58,686 nucleotides of DNA from a virus: positions 1 to 58,686 of IMG/VR virus record IMGVR_UViG_3300045988_070061; one strand, given 5' to 3'. A program made the position numbers and the translations under genes. Positions 52,409 through 58,686 of this stretch are shown piece by piece. How positions within the stretch are numbered: the stretch's first letter is position 1; the number at the start of each line of letters is the position of its first letter. Under the pieces are notes generated by a model. It saw only the letters and a program-made list of their open reading frames with translations. It did not search any database and was not told where the DNA came from.

Positions 52409-54433
52409 ATGATTAATGAAAACGAGATCAGAAGGACATTATCTCTATTAAAGCCGGACGGCCATTTGTTCGAAGTGCGGGTTATATATAATTCTAAAGC
52501 CGTGTATAGCGGATATTTTAAATCTGCAGACGATCTGATGGCAGCATTGAGCAGAGATATCCGAGATTATGCCAACTGCAATATTTACATCACTCTAAAT
52601 TATTTGAATGATGAGTGCTATTCCAGAAGCCAACGGAACAGATTTATGTCGAAAGGATTGGCTACAACCAGTGATAAGGATGTCCTGGGATATGAATGGA
52701 TATTCATTGATGTGGATCCGCACCGGACTACTGCGGTATCTTCCAGTGATGATCAGGTCGAAAAAGCTAAAGTTATTGGAAACAAGGTATATGCATTTAT
52801 GAAAAACCTTGGATTCTATGATCCGATATGTGGGTTCAGTGGAAATGGCGTTCATTTGCTATATCGAGTAAAAATTAAAAATTCGGAAGAGAATGTTAAG
52901 CTGATTGACAATTGCTTAAAAGTATTGGATATGTTCTTTTCGACAGATGACGTACAAATTGACTTGAAAAATTTTAACCCAGCAAGAGTTTGCAAGCTCT
53001 ACGGGACGAAAGCACAGAAAGGATCTGACACCAAAGAACGTCCACACCGAATGAGCCGGATAATCAGTGCACCAGATGAAGTGAGAATAAATGACATCCA
53101 ATACATAGAAAAGCTGGCCGGAATGTTACCAAAAGAAGAAAAACCACAAAGGTATAACAGTTATCAGCCGACACATTTTGACTTGGATGAATGGTTAGAT
53201 GAACATGGATTGAGATATCGGAAATCATCTTATTCTGGTGGAGTTAAATATATATTGGATGAATGCCCGTTTGATAGCAACCACAAAGGAAAGGATGCAT
53301 GCATATTTCGGGCAGCCAGTGGAGCTATTGGATTTCATTGTTTTCACAATTCATGTGCCGATAAGACTTGGAGAGATGTAAGACTTAAGTATGAGCCGGA
53401 CGCTTACGAAAAGAAGCAACAGGAATACAGCGATAGGATTTACGCTAAACCGAAGAAGAAACCGGAATATAAGCCAATACAAGAAAAAGAGGGCGAACCG
53501 GTATTTCTGACAGCGAAAGACATTCTGAATATGCCACGACCACCGGAGAGATTCGTAAAAACTGGAATTAGTGATATCGATCAGAGAATGAGAGGACTGA
53601 AAACAGGATATACATCTGTTCTGTCTGGCTTAAGAGCTTCTGGAAAATCGAGCGTAATTTCAGAAATCTGCCTGGATTGCGTTGAATCTGAGAGCAAAGT
53701 AACGGTTTACTCCGGAGAGTTATCGCCACAGAACTTCATGAGATGGATGGATTTGCAGGCAGCAGGAAAAGCTTATGCAGAGCCAACACAGTTTGATGGT
53801 TACTACAATGTGGCTAAAGAGAACCAAGAGAAGATTGCCGAATGGTTAGCCAAAAATTTTACATTGTACAACAATAAGTATGGGAATAACTTCTTGGCTG
53901 TGAAAGAACAGTTGGAGCGGAAAATCGAAGCAGATAAGCCAGATTTACTGATACTTGATAATTTAATGGCTTTCGATATTAGAAGCCTTTCAGAGAACAA
54001 ATTTGAAGCTCAGACAGCATTTACGTGGTCCTTACATGAGATGGCCCAGAAATATGACATACACATCATATTTGTAGCGCATCCGAGAAAGGCAATGGGA
54101 TTCCTAAGACTGGATGATATATCAGGAACAGCAGATATCGGGAATGCAGTGGACAATGCATTTATTATCCATCGTGTGAATAACGATTTTGTCCGACTTA
54201 CAAAGCAGATGTTCGGATGGAAAGATGATGATCCGTTATATAGTGCTGACAACGTGATTGAAATAGCAAAAGACCGTGACGGTGGACTGCAAGACTACTT
54301 TATCCCATTGTACTACGAAAAGGAAAGTAAGCGATTAAAAAACAGTTTTACTGAGAACAAAATCTACAGTTGGAATAAACAGAATGATGGATTCAAGTCT
54401 ATTGATCAGATGGAAATTCCATTCGATATGTAG
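52409..54433 (+). CDS. Bifunctional primase-polymerase / DnaB-RecA-like helicase
   Basis: 674 aa. IFIDVDPHR and GNGVHLLY (AEP prim-pol), the CPFDSNHKGKDAC...FHCFHNSC zinc motif, and Walker A GLRASGKSS. Confidence 0.7.
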   Translation: MINENEIRRTLSLLKPDGHLFEVRVIYNSKAVYSGYFKSADDLMAALSRDIRDYANCNIYITLNYLNDECYSRSQRNRFMSKGLATTSDKDVLGYEWIFIDVDPHRTTAVSSSDDQVEKAKVIGNKVYAFMKNLGFYDPICGFSGNGVHLLYRVKIKNSEENVKLIDNCLKVLDMFFSTDDVQIDLKNFNPARVCKLYGTKAQKGSDTKERPHRMSRIISAPDEVRINDIQYIEKLAGMLPKEEKPQRYNSYQPTHFDLDEWLDEHGLRYRKSSYSGGVKYILDECPFDSNHKGKDACIFRAASGAIGFHCFHNSCADKTWRDVRLKYEPDAYEKKQQEYSDRIYAKPKKKPEYKPIQEKEGEPVFLTAKDILNMPRPPERFVKTGISDIDQRMRGLKTGYTSVLSGLRASGKSSVISEICLDCVESESKVTVYSGELSPQNFMRWMDLQAAGKAYAEPTQFDGYYNVAKENQEKIAEWLAKNFTLYNNKYGNNFLAVKEQLERKIEADKPDLLILDNLMAFDIRSLSENKFEAQTAFTWSLHEMAQKYDIHIIFVAHPRKAMGFLRLDDISGTADIGNAVDNAFIIHRVNNDFVRLTKQMFGWKDDDPLYSADNVIEIAKDRDGGLQDYFIPLYYEKESKRLKNSFTENKIYSWNKQNDGFKSIDQMEIPFDM

Positions 54434-54444
54434 AGGTGAGCAGC

Positions 54445-54681
54445 ATGACAGATGAAGATTTGAAAAAGCTCTATTATCCGATAGCTGAATGTTGGAAGCT
54501 GATTAGAACATATCGTGAATGCACCGGTACTGATAAAGAAGCGGATGTATTATTGGCAAAGTTGCAACAGATATTTGAAAAATCTGGCAAAACTGAATTC
54601 GCAAAGCGGGTAGTTTTTGCTACCGGTGAAGAAATTGACAGAATCATGATGGAGAACAAGAAGAATGAAGAGAAGATCTGA
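54445..54681 (+). CDS. Hypothetical protein
   Basis: GAGGTG RBS before ATG 54445. Confidence 0.5.
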   Translation: MTDEDLKKLYYPIAECWKLIRTYRECTGTDKEADVLLAKLQQIFEKSGKTEFAKRVVFATGEEIDRIMMENKKNEEKI

Positions 54682-54850
54682 GTTACGGCGTGCACCGGAT
54701 GAAATTGACAATATGCTCGAGAGCCATTATGCGACTCTGGAAAAAGACAAGCCATCGGAACAGACCATTGAGGATTTTAAACGGAAACCACATTATGCGG
54801 ATCCGTATGAATATTGGAAAAAGAAACAGGGGGAAAGTAAAAATGAGTAA
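54665..54850 (+). CDS. Hypothetical protein
   Basis: 61-aa ORF. Confidence 0.45.
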   Translation: MKRRSELRRAPDEIDNMLESHYATLEKDKPSEQTIEDFKRKPHYADPYEYWKKKQGESKNE

Positions 54851-55454
54851 AAGTAATGTATTGGAATTAGCTAGAAAATTAGTAGCAGCTATCGAGAAAG
54901 AAGAACAGAAAAACAAAGTGATGCTGAAAGATATCCCGGTTGGTGGGAAATTTGATACAGGAATCGGAAGATTCATTGTACTGGAACAGAAAGAAGATTC
55001 AACGGCGGTTATTACGGAAGAACTGTACAGAGAAAAAGTTAAATATGACAATGATAGTAATAAATATTTTGAGTCTAAACTGTCTGATCTTTTCGAAAAA
55101 GAAATCTATCCAGAATTTGAGAGGGAATTTGGAACAGGAAGATTTTGCGATGCCCCGGCAAGCCTTACCACAGTAGATATGCAGAACAAAAATTCTATCT
55201 TACACGCCCGGGTAAGACCGCTGACTTTTGATGAAGCACGCAAGTACAATGAATTGTTAGTAAATAAGAATCTGCCAGATTGGTACTGGACTTGCACACC
55301 TTGGAGTACGAAAGAAAGAGGATGGGAGTATTCAGTAGCGGTTCTTTCGCCGTCCGGTGGCATCATCGTCAATTACTGCAACTGCAGTTACGGTGTTCGC
55401 CCATTTTGTATCTTAAAATCTAATATCTTTGTATCCAAAGTTGAGGAGGAATAA
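54843..55454 (+). CDS. DUF6273-like protein (paralog A)
   Basis: C-terminal WYWTCTPWS...VAVLSPSGGIIVNYCNCSYGVRPFCIL. ATG 54843 overlaps the upstream stop. Confidence 0.5.
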   Translation: MSKSNVLELARKLVAAIEKEEQKNKVMLKDIPVGGKFDTGIGRFIVLEQKEDSTAVITEELYREKVKYDNDSNKYFESKLSDLFEKEIYPEFEREFGTGRFCDAPASLTTVDMQNKNSILHARVRPLTFDEARKYNELLVNKNLPDWYWTCTPWSTKERGWEYSVAVLSPSGGIIVNYCNCSYGVRPFCILKSNIFVSKVEEE

Positions 55455-55457
55455 ATC

Positions 55458-56057
55458 ATGATGACGTTAAAAGAATTCGGAGAAAACCTTAAAAATCTTA
55501 ATGAAGCTTATGAGCGATTAAGAAAGAAATATCAGAAGCCAGAAATCGGAAAGACAATTGAAGTTGCCGGTATTAAGTGGATGGTGCTGGACAAGTTTGA
55601 AAAAGGATACTTGGTAATTTCGGATGAATTTTACGGGAAAAGTAGAGAATTTGATACAGACTGCAACAATTGGGATTCCAGCGATTTGAGACGGGAACTT
55701 AATACGGAACTCCGTAGAAAAATTGAAGAAGCAGTGGGAGAAGGAGGACTTCTCAAATTCACACGGGACTTATTATCAATGGATGGACAGACAGAGTATG
55801 GTTCGTGTGAAGACTACGTATCTATTATTTCTGTAGACGAATACAGGAAGTATAGAAAGCTTCTTCCAAATACAGGTGAATGGTGGTGGACGCTTACGCC
55901 AGATAGCACAAAATGCAATGATGATACAAGTTATATTCGGGTTGTTTCGCCGTCCGGTAACATCTTCATCAATCGCTACGGCGGCAGTTGCGGTGTTCGC
56001 CCATTTTGTATCTTTTCCTCTTCGATCTTTGAATCTTGTGAGGAAGATGATAATTAA
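55458..56057 (+). CDS. DUF6273-like protein (paralog B)
   Basis: C-terminal WWWTLTPDS...RVVSPSGNIFINRYGGSCGVRPFCIF. Confidence 0.5.
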   Translation: MMTLKEFGENLKNLNEAYERLRKKYQKPEIGKTIEVAGIKWMVLDKFEKGYLVISDEFYGKSREFDTDCNNWDSSDLRRELNTELRRKIEEAVGEGGLLKFTRDLLSMDGQTEYGSCEDYVSIISVDEYRKYRKLLPNTGEWWWTLTPDSTKCNDDTSYIRVVSPSGNIFINRYGGSCGVRPFCIFSSSIFESCEEDDN

Positions 56058-56458
56058 TGGCAGAGAATGATCTGAAAGTAATTCAAAAGGCGAAGGAACT
56101 GGCTACACATACATTGAAAGTGACTAGCAATGCCAACCGATATCCCAAAAAATATAGATTTTCACTTGTTGATAAAATGCAGAATAAGTCAATGGAAATC
56201 TATGAAATGCTCTTTGAAGCAAATAGAACGGATATCAAGAATTATAAAAGAGATCGACTTGAAATGCAGACGAAAGCAATTACGTATTGTGATGAACTAC
56301 TTTTCTACATAGAGATGTCCTATGAGCTGAATATCATCAGTGAAAAGAGCGTGGAATATTGGTCAAAGTTGGTATCTGATGTAAAACATATGGCTATTGC
56401 ATGGATAGAAGCGGATGGCACGTTGGAACTTACAACGGTATTGTTAGAAATTAAATAA
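56057..56458 (+). CDS. Four-helix-bundle protein (23S rRNA intervening-sequence protein family)
   Basis: 133 aa. ...KAKELATHTLKVTSNANRYPKKYRFSLVDKMQNKSMEIYEML... typical of this family. Confidence 0.55.
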   Translation: MAENDLKVIQKAKELATHTLKVTSNANRYPKKYRFSLVDKMQNKSMEIYEMLFEANRTDIKNYKRDRLEMQTKAITYCDELLFYIEMSYELNIISEKSVEYWSKLVSDVKHMAIAWIEADGTLELTTVLLEIK

Positions 56459-56517
56459 ATTACAGAAAGGAGACGGAGCTCCGGCCGGGCAAAGATATAT
56501 CGGCTCCTTTCGAGAAG

Positions 56518-57552
56518 ATGTATATACAAGAAGATGACATGAAACTAAATGACTGGCAGTTCGCACAAAGAAAATACCTGCCATACGAAACGAAACTACG
56601 GCTCACAGAAACCCGTATAAGAGAATGGCATTACAACTGGGCGGGGCAAGTGTATTTAAGCTATTCTGCCGGACTTGATAGCACGGCGCTATTACATATG
56701 ATCCGAAAAATATTAGGAAATGATGTCCCGGCTGTCTTTTCTAACACAGGTTTAGAATTCCCTGAAATCGTGAGATTCGCAAGAAAAGCACCGGGAGTGT
56801 TTGAAGAAATCTATCCGAGAGATAAAAACGGCAAAAGGATCACTTTTAAACAAATTGTGGATCAGCACGGTTTCCCGCTGATTTCGAAAGAAACGGCAAT
56901 GAAAATTGAAAAGTTGAGACACGGGAAGTTGAGTGAGAGGTATCGCAATTATTTGCTGAATGGTGATGAACGAGGGAAATTTGGTATGCTCCCTAAAAAG
57001 TGGAGATTTTTGCTTGATGTTGAATTCGATACATCTCAGAAATGTTGCGACAAGATGAAAAAGAAGCCGTTTAAGGAATATGAAAAGATGACTGGAAGAA
57101 AGCCATATATAGGCACAACACAGGATGAGGGATTCATGCGAGCGCATCTATACGCAAGCACAGGTTGTAATGTGTATGACGGGAATAAAATCAAGTCGCA
57201 GCCATTAGGATTCTGGAACAGACAGGATGTATTAAGATACGTGGTCGAAAATGATGTAGAAATATGCTCTGTGTACGGAGATATTAAGCAAGACCAGCAA
57301 GGTAACTATTATACGACAGGGGAACAACGGACAGGATGTATGTTCTGTGGATTTGGAGCGCACCTGGAAGAAGAGCCAAACAGATTCCAGAGAATGTCCG
57401 TAAAACATCCGAAATGTTATGAAATCTGCATGAACCTTGAAAGCAACGGGGTGAAGTATAAAGATGCGTTAGAAACGTGCGGAATTGGTACAGAAACATG
57501 GGAGAAGATGGGACAAATGGATATATTTGATTTTATTGGAGGTATGCAGTGA
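56518..57552 (+). CDS. PAPS-reductase family protein (PP-loop ATPase) with a C-terminal Cys cluster
   Basis: VYLSYSAGLDSTALLHM PP-loop and a C-terminal RTGCMFCGFG. The start is uncertain (56518 or 56539). Confidence 0.65.
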   Translation: MYIQEDDMKLNDWQFAQRKYLPYETKLRLTETRIREWHYNWAGQVYLSYSAGLDSTALLHMIRKILGNDVPAVFSNTGLEFPEIVRFARKAPGVFEEIYPRDKNGKRITFKQIVDQHGFPLISKETAMKIEKLRHGKLSERYRNYLLNGDERGKFGMLPKKWRFLLDVEFDTSQKCCDKMKKKPFKEYEKMTGRKPYIGTTQDEGFMRAHLYASTGCNVYDGNKIKSQPLGFWNRQDVLRYVVENDVEICSVYGDIKQDQQGNYYTTGEQRTGCMFCGFGAHLEEEPNRFQRMSVKHPKCYEICMNLESNGVKYKDALETCGIGTETWEKMGQMDIFDFIGGMQ

Positions 57553-58055
57553 GCGTAAATAAAGACAAGAAAATACTTGATGTAACGTGCGGATCACGAA
57601 CGATCTGGTTTAACAAAGAGCATCCGGCAGCAGTATATTGCGATATCCGAGAAGAAGAGTTGACCGGAATTTGGAAAAGTGGAGACGGACAGTCAGAGAG
57701 GACATGCATCGTGAAGCCGGATATACAATGCGACTTCACAGATCTTCCGTTTGAAGATGAATCGTTTTCCTTGGTTGTCTTTGATCCACCACATCTGAGA
57801 TATGCCGGAAAAACTGGCTGGTTGGCTAAGAAATACGGAAGATTGGACGAACACTGGCCAGAAATGCTACATGATGGATTCCGGGAATGTATGAGAGTTC
57901 TGAAAGAAGATGGAGTGTTGATCTTTAAATGGGCGGAAACGGATATTCAGGCGCAGAAAGTTTGGAAAGCCATAGGTCAGAAACCATTATTCGGACATCA
58001 TAGCGGAAAGAGATCGGGGACGTTTTGGGGATGTTATATGAAAGGGCAAGAATAG
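57549..58055 (+). CDS. Small SAM-dependent methyltransferase (probable DNA N6A/N4C type)
   Basis: ILDVTCGS (motif I) and VVFDPPHL (motif IV). Confidence 0.6.
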   Translation: MSVNKDKKILDVTCGSRTIWFNKEHPAAVYCDIREEELTGIWKSGDGQSERTCIVKPDIQCDFTDLPFEDESFSLVVFDPPHLRYAGKTGWLAKKYGRLDEHWPEMLHDGFRECMRVLKEDGVLIFKWAETDIQAQKVWKAIGQKPLFGHHSGKRSGTFWGCYMKGQE

Positions 58056-58062
58056 AAGTGAG

Positions 58063-58464
58063 GTGATGAAATTGTACATTGAATTAAAAGAGATAGACAA
58101 AGACACATTGAAAGTCGGGGATGTGGTAGGAGTTATGAGAACCGTCCAAGCCGGATGGAGATGTGGCTTCCGTCACGCTCTAATTACTCCGGCAAAAATC
58201 ATCAGAATTACTCCGAAGCGAACAAAGTTTGTGACAGATAAGTTCGGAGATCACGACAGGTATGAAACGTTTTACGAATGTAATTTCAACGCTGAAAAAG
58301 AAAATGAATTGGCAGAAAAATTCGTGCAGCTTAAGAAAAGTTTATGGGATATTGAAATATTCCGAAAAGGCGGATTGACAAGAATCAGTGATGAAGATTT
58401 GCCAGAAGTAGCGGAACACATGAAAGCAATTACAGAGATTTTGAAGAAGTATAGAAAGGAATAA
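58063..58464 (+). CDS. Hypothetical protein
   Basis: 133-aa ORF. Confidence 0.5.
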   Translation: MMKLYIELKEIDKDTLKVGDVVGVMRTVQAGWRCGFRHALITPAKIIRITPKRTKFVTDKFGDHDRYETFYECNFNAEKENELAEKFVQLKKSLWDIEIFRKGGLTRISDEDLPEVAEHMKAITEILKKYRKE

Positions 58465-58469
58465 CGAAT

Positions 58470-58494
58470 CCTCGGTAAACCGAGGTTGTGATTT
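58470..58494 (+). terminator. Putative terminator
   Basis: CCTCGG-TAAA-CCGAGG hairpin followed by a T-rich stretch. Confidence 0.4.
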
Positions 58495-58631
58495 AAAGGT
58501 GTGAAAGAAATTACATAAAGGGAACAATAGTTGCGTTGGCGATTCGATAAGGTGGAATTTGAAGTAGCGCACATATAGCATATTTGACTTATGTGAGTTT
58601 CAGACTGCCGGCATGGGAAGCCTATGTTCCT

Positions 58632-58686
58632 TATCCACGATACATGGATTTGTAGCGTGGTGTTATGAAAGTATGTTGGTTTTCAA
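58632..58686. repeat. Terminal direct repeat, copy 2
   Basis: Identical to nt 1-55. Confidence 0.95.

Larger units (their letters stand above)
1..58631. mobile_element. Complete circular temperate siphovirus-type phage genome (about 58.63 kb unique sequence)
   Basis: nt 1-55 recur exactly at 58632-58686, so the window is a closed circle plus overlap. Lysogeny, recombination/replication, packaging, head, tail and lysis modules are all present. Dense coding, mostly on the + strand, with AGGAGG-type RBS. Confidence 0.85.

Noticed and set aside
56057-56458. Four-helix-bundle (Avd-like) protein as a marker of a diversity-generating retroelement acting on the tail fibres
   Set aside because: No reverse transcriptase ORF (no YxDD-type motif) exists anywhere in the genome. 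I found no template/variable repeat pair near the fibre genes. The gene sits in the early region, so a DGR is not supported.

Overview
The window is one complete, circularly closed temperate siphovirus-type phage genome. It has about 58.63 kb of unique sequence, and nt 1-55 are repeated exactly at 58632-58686. The host is probably a low-GC Firmicute or Clostridia; I infer this from AGGAGG ribosome-binding sites and the gene families present.

Gene order around the circle:
- 41.5-45.1 kb (minus strand): lysogeny module with a large serine integrase, a lipoprotein, an ImmA-like peptidase and a CI-like repressor.
- 45.3-58.5 kb, continuing through 1-4.6 kb: early rightward operon. It encodes Cro, a Bro antirepressor, a PD-(D/E)XK exonuclease, RecT, RusA, SSB, a replisome organiser, a primase-helicase, two PAPS-reductase-like proteins plus a methyltransferase, a Lar-like protein, MazG and others.
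- 5.4-8.3 kb: an inverted minus-strand accessory operon containing a J-domain protein.
- 8.3-8.9 kb: a second regulatory hub.
- 11.2 kb: small terminase (TerS).
- 12-17 kb: a 5.3-kb accessory island containing an SPFH protein, small membrane proteins, a 1.7-kb RNA-only tract with 4 canonical tRNAs, 2 oversized tRNA-like genes and a 780-nt ORF-free segment, and a tandem DUF2829 (Tad2-like) gene.
- 17.1-39 kb: TerL, portal, scaffold, capsid, neck and tail genes, a tape measure with an SLT domain, and tail-tip/fibre genes.
- 39.2-40.9 kb: holin and endolysin.
- 41.2-41.4 kb: a promoter-equipped 5' fragment of a MiaB-like gene lying against the integrase, which is probably the attP region.

Most interesting observations:
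1. Three tandem small tail-tip paralogs share an N-terminal RRRxL motif. Two of them carry perfect simple-sequence repeats at their 5' ends, (GTCA)12.75 and (ACAGC)6, placed so that slipped-strand changes would switch or tune their translation. This is a candidate phase-variable receptor-binding repertoire.
2. The tRNA-embedded non-coding tract contains two oversized tRNA-like RNAs and a possible large structured RNA of the ROOL/GOLLD class.

All functional calls rest on motif recognition by eye. No database search or folding program was run.
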